DNA of 64,000 nt from an uncultured Ectothiorhodospiraceae bacterium. GTDB taxonomy: Bacteria > Bacteroidota > Ignavibacteria > SZUA-365 > GCA-2699105. The stretch's first letter is position 1. Each line of letters starts with the position of its first letter. The position numbers were made by a program, and so were the translations under genes. Location of the stretch: the NCBI GenBank assembly GCA_964408855.1, contig CAYPBB010000010.1, forward strand, positions 9,362-73,361. The letters run 5' to 3'. Shown here one piece after another: positions 41,482 to 52,300 of this stretch. The notes beneath the pieces were generated by a model, which searched no databases, had not been told where the DNA came from, and saw nothing but the letters and a program-made list of their open reading frames with translations.

Positions 41482-42972
41482 TTATCTCGCTTTTTTCGGA
41501 TTAGTTCTTGATTCTATCGATGGCGAACTTGTTTGAACATCAGAATGGTTATGCGTTTGTTCAATTCTGATTGAAGACGGTACAATTATTTCGAGTTTCT
41601 CAACACTTGTATTAGTTTGCTTAGAACTCCCGTAATTGGCGATGCACCAAGTAATAAGAAGTAAGCTGAATGCGAGAACTGCATAAAATACAGAGATCTT
41701 TTGTTTTGAATGTAGTTTGAACGATGGACTTCTCTCGCTTATCGATTTTGTCAGGTTCAATTCTGGGTAATGCTTTGACCAAATATCTTCAATTCTTGAT
41801 GAGCTCAAAACAGCACCTATTAGCAAATTGTGATACCAATGTCTGTCCATGAACCAGAAGACGCCCATCACAAACACACCTACGATTGGCATCAGAACTC
41901 CTGCAGACATCTCAAATCCAAGGACTGATATTGAGTAGTGCTCGTTTGCTAACCAACCAGTAGCAACAATAGTAAATGTAAATAGCGTTAGGGCGAAGTT
42001 CCTGATACGAAGCTCCAGGTCGTTGAAATGCATCTGAACCTCAATTGCCTTTTCCCAGATCTCCCTTGCTTCAGCGAAACGTGTGCTACGATCGTGTCCT
42101 ACATATTGCTCAAATTTGTATTGGTCTTGAATCTCCTTGTATGACTTTTTAAGGACAATCGTAGGTTCATTTGTAGATGTCTTCTTCTCCTCTTTTGCTT
42201 TTTTCTCTCGTTCTACTTCCTCATCGGACCAATGTGTAACCTCCCTTAGAAGATTGTATGCATCATTATCTGTTTCGGACCCATACTTGGCGTATATGCT
42301 ATCTACATTGACATCATTTGCCATCGCGATATCGCGATCCAGTTTGTCGCCAACGTAAATGACCTCGTCTGTTTTCAACCCGAAGTCACGAATAATAATG
42401 TTCAAGATTTCCGGGTTTGGTTTTTTTGTTTCCTTAGACAGATATCTGAACTGCGTGATTTTAGGTTCCCAGTATCCTTCTTCATAGTAACGCTTTGCGG
42501 AGGCTGGTAATCCTTCGTCGATAGGTGCATATACGAAGTCTATGAGGCCATCCAAACCCAAATGCTTTATCCGATACTTCGTGTAGAATGCACTTGACTC
42601 TGTGAAACCGACAACAAGTGTACCGGAAGCTGCTGCAAGTCGCAGTGTTTCAAGTACACCATCGTAAAGTTGAAGACTGTTCTTTTTATTGGAATTGTAT
42701 TCGTGAATAATGCTTCGTTTGTCTCCAGCACTGTCCTCAAAACGGCTCTTCTGCTCTTCGGTTAGACAATCCAATTCATGATAGAAGTGTGAAGATTCCG
42801 ACGAACCGTACTGTTGATGTAACCGTTTGAATGAAGCCTTAAGTTCTTCTCGGTCTACGGAAAACTCTTCTGCTATACGATTGAAGTATGGCTTGAACGA
42901 AGCATGCCACATACCGAGCCAATCCCAGATTGTATCATCTAAATCGGTAACGAGCATCTTAATTGCCTTCAT
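41482..42972 (-). CDS. HAD-superfamily phosphatase fused to a C-terminal three-TM domain; candidate anti-phage protein
   Basis: DLDDT (motif I), FTES (II), KKPNP (III), YVGDKLDRD (IV); three hydrophobic helices after about residue 305. Confidence 0.8.
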   Translation of the reverse strand: MKAIKMLVTDLDDTIWDWLGMWHASFKPYFNRIAEEFSVDREELKASFKRLHQQYGSSESSHFYHELDCLTEEQKSRFEDSAGDKRSIIHEYNSNKKNSLQLYDGVLETLRLAAASGTLVVGFTESSAFYTKYRIKHLGLDGLIDFVYAPIDEGLPASAKRYYEEGYWEPKITQFRYLSKETKKPNPEILNIIIRDFGLKTDEVIYVGDKLDRDIAMANDVNVDSIYAKYGSETDNDAYNLLREVTHWSDEEVEREKKAKEEKKTSTNEPTIVLKKSYKEIQDQYKFEQYVGHDRSTRFAEAREIWEKAIEVQMHFNDLELRIRNFALTLFTFTIVATGWLANEHYSISVLGFEMSAGVLMPIVGVFVMGVFWFMDRHWYHNLLIGAVLSSSRIEDIWSKHYPELNLTKSISERSPSFKLHSKQKISVFYAVLAFSLLLITWCIANYGSSKQTNTSVEKLEIIVPSSIRIEQTHNHSDVQTSSPSIESRTNPKKAR

Positions 42973-43230
42973 AGTTGCTCCTTGGGTGAAGATTGCAGCG
43001 AAAAAAGATAAAATGGATGGAAACTAAAATATGATCACTAAGGGAAAGGATCAACCTGCATCACATGTGAGATCAACGCAACTAAACCTTGGTAAATTGA
43101 GGACACCATAAGGATGATCGTGTTTGGTGCCATTTCTAACATTCTACCGACTTCCTTGCAAAAGAACAAAGAGGCTAGAAGATGACCATAGTATTGCAGA
43201 GTTGCAGACGTTTGAACGATATCGAACTAC

Positions 43231-43656
43231 TCACTCAGTTGGTTGTGAAAGCAATTTCTCTTTCAACTCCGGTTTAAAATCAAACTCCCCCCAGCCTGAG
43301 CGAGTAAGAACACATTCATCCCATCCGGAGATTATTGCATTGAGGTGAGAGAGGATATTTCTTTCTGGTTCTTTCGATTTCCCTAGATCCATTTTTCTTC
43401 GTCGCATGAATTCCAGGATATCATTGCTCTTGACCGGCATCCGTTTTTCTCTAATTAATGCGATCGTAGCTTCATAGACGGATTTCCGCACACTTCCCCA
43501 ACGCGCCGGAGAAGGTCTTTGATCAGCCACTATAGCAGGCATAGCTTTCTCAAGAAGTTCAAGAACGGCCAATTCTTTCTTCTTTAATTCAGCAATCTTT
43601 TCCCGTATTCCTACGAGGTAAAGTTCCAATTCATGACGTGTTTTATCTGTGAGCAT
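43231..43656 (-). CDS. Hypothetical coiled-coil plus winged-helix-like protein
   Basis: Heptad N-terminus; VYEATIALIREKRMPVKSNDILEFM...RSGWGEF pattern; start uncertain. Confidence 0.55.
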   Translation of the reverse strand: MLTDKTRHELELYLVGIREKIAELKKKELAVLELLEKAMPAIVADQRPSPARWGSVRKSVYEATIALIREKRMPVKSNDILEFMRRRKMDLGKSKEPERNILSHLNAIISGWDECVLTRSGWGEFDFKPELKEKLLSQPTE

Positions 43657-43860
43657 ATCCATATCAGACTCACAATAAACATAGGCATAAATCACGTCCA
43701 TTTCAATCTCAAAGAGATTTATCCTCTTGCTAATAAGAGAGAATGTATGAAACTCTCTTATTATTTGCAAGAGTTTTTGCTCTTGTCGGTGAGTTTTTCT
43801 ACTTTTGGTACAAAATCATCACCGATTGTCATCCACAACCTGTGCACTATTAGAAATACG

Positions 43861-44442
43861 ATGAAATCCGACGAGAAAGACGATATGTCCGGAATACATG
43901 AACTATTCGAAGAATTTGGGCTGAAGCTCAAAAACAACCCAACCTCCGAAGAACTGAGATTCTTGCTTGAAAAGTTTATCGAAGAAACGCGGTTCACGCT
44001 CGCCTATCTGAATGAGTATGGAGCAATCACTAAGGTTGCACTCACTGAACTCTTTGGCGCTCTTGTCATGCTTATCAAATCCGAAAACGAAAAGACAGCG
44101 AATGTACAGGGTACGATTCAAAAGGCACTTGATCTCTTGAAAGCCATTCACATGAACACGGAACTGTCGCCAGAACAAGTCGTTGCGTACAGAGAAGACG
44201 TTTTTCGAATCATCGATGAAGCACGATCAGAAGCAGCTGAATCGAGACAATTCAACAGAGAAATCTTTTATGTGGCGTGCTATGTTGGTGGCGGTGTCGT
44301 ATTGACTACTATTGGCGTAGGTGTTTGGATGTTAACAAAAGGCCAGAGTTCTGGAATGCTAGCGAAGGGCGGCCAAATGGCTATGAAGGGCATTGATGCA
44401 GCTAAATCTGTATGGCACGCTAAAAAGGTTATTGGTAAGTAG
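43861..44442 (+). CDS. Hypothetical helical protein with C-terminal Gly-rich hydrophobic segment
   Basis: ORF from MKSDEKDD; FYVACYVGGGVVLTTIGVGVWMLTKG. Confidence 0.6.
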   Translation: MKSDEKDDMSGIHELFEEFGLKLKNNPTSEELRFLLEKFIEETRFTLAYLNEYGAITKVALTELFGALVMLIKSENEKTANVQGTIQKALDLLKAIHMNTELSPEQVVAYREDVFRIIDEARSEAAESRQFNREIFYVACYVGGGVVLTTIGVGVWMLTKGQSSGMLAKGGQMAMKGIDAAKSVWHAKKVIGK

Positions 44443-44501
44443 GTCTTAAGTATACTCCACTGAAGCGATCAAATGATATTAACACAGGGATTCAGAATGC
44501 T

Positions 44502-45470
44502 ATGATCAAAAACATTTGCCTGTCCAGGCTTTTCGTCGCATTTTCTTTGAGCATCATCATGGCAGCATGCTCAGATCCTGAGTACAAGAACCAGATAAAC
44601 AGCGAAGGGCAGAGAGATGGATATTGGAAGCTATACCTTGACAAAAGTTATAAACCCACGCCCCTCGAAGTCTTAGCTCCTTTTTATGCCTTGCTCGAAT
44701 ACGACGATGGTGCGATAGACAGCGATGTTATGATCCATTATAGAACTGGTGAACTGCATTGGAAGGGAACACTTTTATCGTTTTCACCATTCCGAGTAGG
44801 AGATGGTGTAAATCATTTTTATCACAGAAATGGTACACTGCAAGCCAAGATTCCAATAAAGGACCAACAAATACATGGAAACGCTATTGAATGGTTTGAG
44901 TCTGGGAACAAGCAACGTTCATGTTCATATGCACATGGTTTAAAGGATGGAGTAGAAACAATATGGGATGCACAAGGATGTAAGACTGCGGAAATCCACT
45001 GGAACATGGGGAAGAAATATGGCACAGAGATCACCTGGTTCAATGTGGATAAAATACGAAGTTACACAGAATGGAAAAACGACATTTTGCATGGTAGGAA
45101 AATGTATTATGATCTAGGATTCAAAATAGTTGAGAACTATAGCTACGGGCAATTAAATGGTATTCGGGAAGAATACTGGCCGAACGGAGATCTCAGAGTT
45201 ACGACATCATATCTAAACGGGATAAAGCATGGACCGGAGATTGGATATTACAATGATGGGAGAAAGAAAAGCCTAATAAACTGGAATACTGGCTTAGAAA
45301 ATGGTATATGTCAATGCTGGCATCCAAATGGAGTCAAAGAAGAAGAATCGACTTACAGCAATGGTAAACAAACCGGAATCCAAGTCACATGGGACTCACT
45401 AGGTAATATCACAAGTAAAAGCGAATGGGACAATGGCAATTTCTTGGGTGTAACGTATGAAAGGAAATGA
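44502..45470 (+). CDS. MORN-variant repeat lipoprotein (YwqK antitoxin-like)
   Basis: Lipobox MAAC; repeats; LHWKGTLLSFSPF matches LFWKGVLMSFTPF of 31355-32449. Confidence 0.8.
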   Translation: MIKNICLSRLFVAFSLSIIMAACSDPEYKNQINSEGQRDGYWKLYLDKSYKPTPLEVLAPFYALLEYDDGAIDSDVMIHYRTGELHWKGTLLSFSPFRVGDGVNHFYHRNGTLQAKIPIKDQQIHGNAIEWFESGNKQRSCSYAHGLKDGVETIWDAQGCKTAEIHWNMGKKYGTEITWFNVDKIRSYTEWKNDILHGRKMYYDLGFKIVENYSYGQLNGIREEYWPNGDLRVTTSYLNGIKHGPEIGYYNDGRKKSLINWNTGLENGICQCWHPNGVKEEESTYSNGKQTGIQVTWDSLGNITSKSEWDNGNFLGVTYERK

Positions 45471-45639
45471 CTCGATAATTCTGCATAGGGTTACTTGACT
45501 TTTACATAATATCATATATATTGTACGTGTGGGCAATATACCTAACCACCCCTGCAAACCTCAAAAATCCCCAACTGCAAACTCATTGCCAAGAACAACG
45601 CTCACAATATAGCTGTTGCATTTAAATATGTAGTATAAC

Positions 45640-45668
45640 TTGACAATACCAATTATTTATAGTATACT
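45640..45668 (+). promoter_or_regulatory. Consensus sigma70-type promoter of the replication module
   Basis: TTGACA-17 bp-TATACT, about 60 bp before the RBS CAGGAG and ATG 45731. Confidence 0.65.
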
Positions 45669-45730
45669 CTACTATTGAAGCCCATTAGCAAAATGTTCGT
45701 TATATTAATCAACAGACAGGAGTTTATTCC

Positions 45731-46015
45731 ATGAATACCTTTGATACACGAGATTTCTATCTCGCTTGTTTCCTGCATACAGAAGGGATAAGACTCTCTG
45801 GCCATTCGCGAGATGGCTCCAGAGTGATCTTTCATTTCAAGCTAACCGAAGAAACTGAAAACCTAGTGGATAAATATTTCCGGATGGACGCAGAAGTCAA
45901 TCCGATTGAGTACAGCTCGTCTATCAAGCATTTGAAGCACGTGATGTACGACTATACACCGATAATATTGGAGAATGAAGAATGTACAACAACACAGAGA
46001 ACACTAATGAACTAA
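45731..46015 (+). CDS. DUF5659-like small phage/satellite protein
   Basis: TRDFYLACFL...G..L.....GSRVIFHF pattern. Confidence 0.65.
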   Translation: MNTFDTRDFYLACFLHTEGIRLSGHSRDGSRVIFHFKLTEETENLVDKYFRMDAEVNPIEYSSSIKHLKHVMYDYTPIILENEECTTTQRTLMN

Positions 46016-48147
46016 ACTTCACATTTTCGTACGCAGAAAATCCCAATTTAATGGGATGGCTGACAAAATTCGAAACCAAAACAATCCCCACACCGGAACT
46101 CAACGAGTTCTTCACCACATACACATACAGTACAATAATCTGGGACGGACAAAGAAACGGAGATAATTTTTCCTATGCTGTAGGAGGAATTCTAGACTTT
46201 GACAATAAACCCGATGATGAGAGACAGTGGACTATAGATGAAGCAGTAGCTGCGTTTGAGGCAAACAATATGGCCTATGCATTGATCACCAGTAAATCAC
46301 ACACCTCGGACATACCCAAATTCCACGTATTTATACCGTTTAATAGAGTAGTTTATAACGTCGATGATTACAGACGGGTTATGCACTATCTAGTACATGT
46401 ACTGTATCCAGGCAGTGATAAAAAAATAAAAGATGGCGGCAGACAGATATTCCAAAGTCCGAAGAGCGCAATTTACCGTGATAATTTTCGATTACCATGT
46501 TTCAATATAGATACTGCAGCTTATCTGGAACCGGCAACTAGCCAGACATTGGTTTCGAGTTCTGCAGTGCCTACAGTAAAATCGTATAAACCGACGACAG
46601 CCAGTGCGAAGCAAAGAGATATTGAAACTATCAATAAGTCAGATGCATGGAAACCGGGTACGAAAGTACGCCTTGGAAATGGTTCAGTCGTTGCCATGGA
46701 TAGTGTCACGAAGTTAAATCGCGCTTTCTGTAATTGGCATGAAGTATCTGATAGACCATCGGCGGTTGTTGGATATTCTGAACGAAGCAGAAACCATTTC
46801 ATGCATTGTTTCAAGTGCAAAACTACCTTTTGGAAAGTCATGGATATAGATGTTACTCTCGCTAACTTCTATTCCTTTGGAAAATCTATCTATGAAGCAA
46901 GCATTTCCAACAACCTCTTTTACTTCACAGATATCGGAAAAGACAAGCTCGCAATATGAACTGGTGCCCCAACCAAGGAAAAGGCCGAGGAGTATTACCG
47001 TAAAGTAGTTAACGAGAAACATCTAGCAGTAACGCCAGCAGTAGAATACTATGGCAATCCTGATATCACGACTGCTCGGTTTGAACTTGACATGAGTAAA
47101 TGCAAAGCCAAGGTAGAGATTCCGCCAATACAGACCGATATTGATGACGATCAATTCATTGAGGATTACCTTGACCAGGTATTTGGTGAATACAAGGAGA
47201 CGATCAAACTCTACATGGCTCTTGTGATCTTCAGTAATTACCGACGACTTCCGACGCTAATCCTCACAGGAGCCAGATCCGCCAGTAAAACGACATTTGC
47301 GAACTTGTTATCTGCTGCATACCATTCAATGAGTACGACAATCCAGACAGTTCTCACGAGCTTTAATCCCTGGGCTGGGAAGAAAATCGTGACTCTTGAT
47401 GAGGGAGCTTCAGAAGGCAAGAGCCAGTATCGCGAGTTTAAGCGTATTTCAGGAGGAGAATGGATTTCTATCAACGAGAAATACAAAAACGAGTATAAGG
47501 TTCGGAATAATTCAACCCTTATCATACTCAGTAACGACATGTTTCCGATTACAGTCGAAGAAAGCGAAATCCCAACTGACGAAGCAGCGAACCAATTCCT
47601 GGTACTAAGACTTAGTAAACTCAACAAAACCCCCGACCCCCTTTATGGCAAAAAATTGGAAGAACGTTTAGGACACTATATTCAGAATGTTCTGCGTTCC
47701 ATCTATGATAGTCACGATACTTCTGTTTCTCGATACGGGATGTTGGTACCCATAACGGAATGGGAGGAACAGCTCTTCAAGAACAGCATGACAGAGACGG
47801 ATTACGTAATCGAATCGCTCATTGACGCGTTAGTCGATATACTAAACGGAAGTTCTGACTTTTACTCGTCGGATGACACACTAAAATTTGCACTTGAGGA
47901 AGGATATGTTCCAAAGGAAGTCATTGACAAGATCGCCAAGGAACATAAGATGAAAATCTCAGAGATCCACGAACGATTAACTTCAAAAGGTCTTTGTGAA
48001 CCACTCCGAAAGCAGGCAACCGAGAAATATGAAAGACCACAAATAAACGGGAAACGTCCCAGATGCCGGGAAATGACAAATGACCTGAAAACTATGCTGG
48101 ACGAATTGAAGTCTACGAATTCAGCACCAGATTTGTTCGGTGAATAA
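45982..48147 (+). pseudogene. Primase(-polymerase)-like/Zn-finger/DUF5906-type SF3 helicase fusion interrupted by one in-frame TGA (46957-46959)
   Basis: Both track ORFs (45982-46959 and 47092-48147) share one frame and the gap is open (AI*TGAPTKEKAEEYYRK...); TSKSH..KFHVFIP, CNWH...HCFKC, TGARSASKTTF, VTLDEG, IILSN motifs. Confidence 0.75.
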
Positions 48148-48149
48148 CA

Positions 48150-48400
48150 AAAATGGTCCAACCTGGTCCAGGATTGTCCAGGTAACTCGGACCGTGTAAC
48201 TTGTTGATTTATACATAGTTATCTATTGCCGTCCAGGTTGTCCGGTTTTTTATAAATGTACTACGCGAAAAAGAGATTATAGAGATAATAGTTTTCTGTT
48301 TTTCCTGGACAAACCGGACAACAAAACTTAAGTTATTGATATGTATATATTTACAACGTCCCAAAAACTTGGACGAACTTGGATCACTAATCCGGTCCAC
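48150..48400. promoter_or_regulatory. Candidate replication origin (GTCC/GGAC iterons around an AT-rich core)
   Basis: Multiple GTCCA(G)/GGAC motifs; inverted repeat GTTGTCCGGTTT (48237-48248) / AAACCGGACAAC (48311-48322); directly downstream of the helicase. Confidence 0.55.
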
Positions 48401-48431
48401 ATAAACGAAAATGAAATTAAGGTGAAGCATC

Positions 48432-48830
48432 ATGAATATACTTGATACACTAAAACAGCACCCCCGGTTAACAATATCGGGGTACGACGGAGACCCAAAT
48501 GACCCTGAATACGAAGTAAAACGCAATCAACTGAGAATTGAGATGAATTCGTTGGAAATCGCGATCGATTACCTTGAGAGATGTCAAAAGACAAAGGGAT
48601 TCGGTATGACCTACTCTATAGACAGCTACGTTTTGAAACACCATATGGAAGGAAGCAGCCGGGGATACGGCCCTCGAAAGGGATACGTGAGCCAAGGGAC
48701 CGCGATTCTAGCCTGTTTACTGGCGGGATACAAAATAAAACCCGGCGAGCCTTCAGAGCCGAACGTACGTATTGCACTCAAAGAACCAAAACATCGAGTA
48801 GTAGAAACCGCCCTTTTATGGCAGCAATGA
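48432..48830 (+). CDS. Hypothetical protein typical of primase-linked satellite modules
   Basis: DSYVLKHHMEG...YVSQGTAILACLLAGY pattern. Confidence 0.65.
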   Translation: MNILDTLKQHPRLTISGYDGDPNDPEYEVKRNQLRIEMNSLEIAIDYLERCQKTKGFGMTYSIDSYVLKHHMEGSSRGYGPRKGYVSQGTAILACLLAGYKIKPGEPSEPNVRIALKEPKHRVVETALLWQQ

Positions 48831-48867
48831 GGTAACGTGAGTTAATTTTCCCATTTTGTTACTACAT

Positions 48868-48943
48868 TGAAAATAGTATAGACTATTCTGATAGAAAATC
48901 GTTAAATTATTATTTATCGCATAAATAGTCTATACTATTTTCA
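48868..48943. repeat. 20-bp perfect inverted repeat with 36-bp spacer
   Basis: TGAAAATAGTATAGACTATT ... AATAGTCTATACTATTTTCA; each arm contains AATAGT-N4-ACTATT. Confidence 0.85.
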
Positions 48944-49375
48944 TCCAAAAGTGATAATCCCCTAGAAAATGGGTCCCATACCCCACCCCCCCGGGAGTGG
49001 AGTCAGACTGCCATACAAAACAAACCCGTTTTCTGGAGAGAATTCGGGTTTCGATTTTTTTTTGCCCATATTTTGGGAACCCCATTAGCGATTTTGCCCC
49101 GGATTCTAGAAGAGTCTTCCTTTTTACCGCGATAGGATTCACCAAGATCGCCCCGAAGATGCTATGTCCTATATTACTTGACACTTACAACAGCACGGCC
49201 CCTCTGATGCTGCCATCCTCCCCCAGCATTACGTTTCCATCAAATTGCTCATACATATTTCGTCATTCTGCACAATTTTCGTAAGTTTGCCCTTACAGTT
49301 TCAGAAATCTCAGTGTTTTTCGGTGACAATGGACGACCGTTAAAACGGGGGCCCTACCAAGTAAGTGAGAGTATT

Positions 49376-52300
49376 ATGACTTGCTTCTCAAGGATATCCA
49401 AAAATTCTCAAATTCGTACTTCACGTTCACTTCTATTTGCTGTGCTGCTCGTGATGTCTGGGATTCTTACATTATCCTTCGAGAGTAATGCTCAATGTGT
49501 CGTTTTTACCTCACCTACAAGCGGAACAATCGTTTCGCCTGGTGAGACTATCACAGTCACGGGAAATGTAATCAGTCCGAGTAGCTATGGACACTACGTA
49601 ACAATTTATTTCGGCACAACGAATTGTGAAATAGGCGAAATGGTGAGTGGATCGTCTTGTTCTTCAGCTTCCTCGGGAGGTTTTAGCGTCAATATTACCA
49701 TCCCAAATTATGTTGCGACAAATTGCATATACAGAATCTATGGTAGTATTGGTGGAAATTGCGATCCAAAGGAACCCGATCATCCCTGTGCCTGTAACGG
49801 CAACGGAGCATCTATTGAATTGGTCATAACCTGCGATGGCGCACCTCCATACCAACTTCAAGCCCCAAATTTAATATCCCCCATTAATTTTGAAGACAGA
49901 GTACGGAATCCAGCATACCATACCTGGGGAGATGTTCAGAACGCAGAGTTCTACGAAATTCAAGTCGACCCCTCTCCTAATTTCGATACGATTGTTCTTC
50001 AAGATTCCCTTGGCAAACCCTACTACGTTCCGATATTCAGAACAACTATTGATAGAACACAAACTGAGTTTATAGATTTTGCACCTGATTGGGAGAACAC
50101 AACATTTTATTGGCGTGTTCGTGCTGGATCATGTGACTGTAAGGTTTGGGGCCCATGGTCCGAGACATGGAGTTATACTACTGCACCTTGCATATCATTA
50201 GAGTTGCCCTTGAATGGTACAATATTTCAATCCGGTGAAATTACTTTGGTAGAAGGCCGAATTGTGGAGCCGCTTCTCTGGGGTAAAGAGGTAAGTGTAT
50301 GGCTAAATGGCCCCTACTATTATCCACCTGATCCCCAATACCCACCAAGTGAGATCGGACATGGATGTTCCTCCTTGAATGATGGAAGCTTCTCTTTGGA
50401 AATCACCCTGCTATCAGATCCTGGTGATGGTATTGCGCGTTCATTGGTCGATGGTGGATGGACCTTGACCCCTTATGTATTATCCAACGACGACTGTATT
50501 GGTGATGAGTATTATTGCGGTGGTGTTTCACAAGGTATATTCTACATCTACAACGACCTCCCACTTACACGTATTCAGGAACAAATTGGGCGAAATACTT
50601 CGTCAATCTATGTAGATGATCCAGTTGATATAATCACTGGAAACTTTCTTTATTCTGCGAACGATATCCACATCCCTGACAAGTTGGGAATCAACCTTAC
50701 TCGCAATTACAACAGCCAAAATATTCAGAATTCAGAACTCGGTGCAGGTTGGTCTTTCACGTTCGGTGCATCGCTTCAATTAGTTGATGATTGGAGAATC
50801 ATTGCACGCGGGGACGGAAGAAGGTTCGTCTTCAAGATGGATAGCTTGGGGACATACATACCCATGGAGTTTGCAGGAACAGAAGGTACGCTCGATTCAG
50901 CCACAACCGTTTGGACCTACACCAGCAAGTACGGATACAAGTATGATTTTGATAACACGGGACTGCTGCAATCCCTCAGTGACAGAAACGGAAACGAGAC
51001 AAGGTGCTTCTACAAAACGCACAACATGATCGATAGCTTGGTCATTCCTGGGGATAGACGTATTACCTTCTCATACTTGACAAGTCCGGATACGCTCATC
51101 GAATCCATTACTGATTTTATCGGCAGGACTCACAGGTATGCGTACGACACCGAAAGTAATCTTATCAGCTATATCAATCCTAGAGGCGACACGACCAAGT
51201 ACGAGTACGATACACAGCATCATCTGACAAAAATCATTGATCCCAGGGGCAACGTGTTTATTCAGAACAACTATGACCCCAAGGGACGTGTGATTGAGCA
51301 GTACGATGCCTTCGGTGCACGAACCGAGTTTGTGTACGATACGCTCGGGATGAGTACATACGTAGTCAACTACCTCGGTGATACAACAACATACGTCTAC
51401 GATCAGCACCACAGGATACTTTCGCAAACAACAGCTCTTGGATACTCTGAGTCATACGCTTACGATTCAACAAACAATCGAGCGTCGATCGATGACATGA
51501 ACGATGAGCTGTTCTCCTATCCTGAATACAGCCCCTTTGGTGATGTTGCCAGGGAGGAGAATCCTGTCTCGCAGGTCCGTACGTTCTCATACGATAGCAC
51601 AACAGGCGACTTGCTTGCGAGAGGTGATGACCTTGGCACCCTGGAAGAACGGAGCTACTCCACAAACGGTCTCCTCTTACAGCTAACGGATGCAAATGGA
51701 TCAGCGACCAATATGACATACGATGGTTATGGCTACCTGGAATCGACATCCATGGTAGCAGATGGGGCTTCCCGGACTACAGAATACGATTACGACATAG
51801 CCGGACGTATGCTCTCCAGGAAGAATCCGGAAGGAGATGTCACGGATTATCAATACGATGAATCTGATAATGTCACGTCTACCCTCTTTGCCAACGGAGC
51901 CAGTACTCAGAATGAATATGACGCAAACGACAATCTCATCAAGTCGATAGATCGAAACGGTAATGAGACCCGCTTTGAGTACGATGTAAACAATAACCTG
52001 CGGTTTGTTTACGCTCCTGAGAGCAAAACGACGGAGTATCGTTACGACAGTTTGAATCGCGTGACCAGTATGATCGATGCCGAAGGCGGTGTCTATGCGT
52101 ATCAATACGATGCCATGGGAAGAAAGACGCTTTCCATTGATCCGATAGGACGAACTACACACATGGGATACGACGGCAATGGCAACATGCTGTTCTCCAC
52201 CTCACCGAAAGGCGATACGACGCAGTTTATCTACAACGCTATCAATCAACTTGTTGAGAAGGTTAGTCCCGAAGGAAACACAACAAGTTACAGCTATGAT

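Noticed and set aside
45731-49300. Complete prophage
   Set aside because: No terminase, portal, capsid, tail or lysis genes in the window; only a replication module
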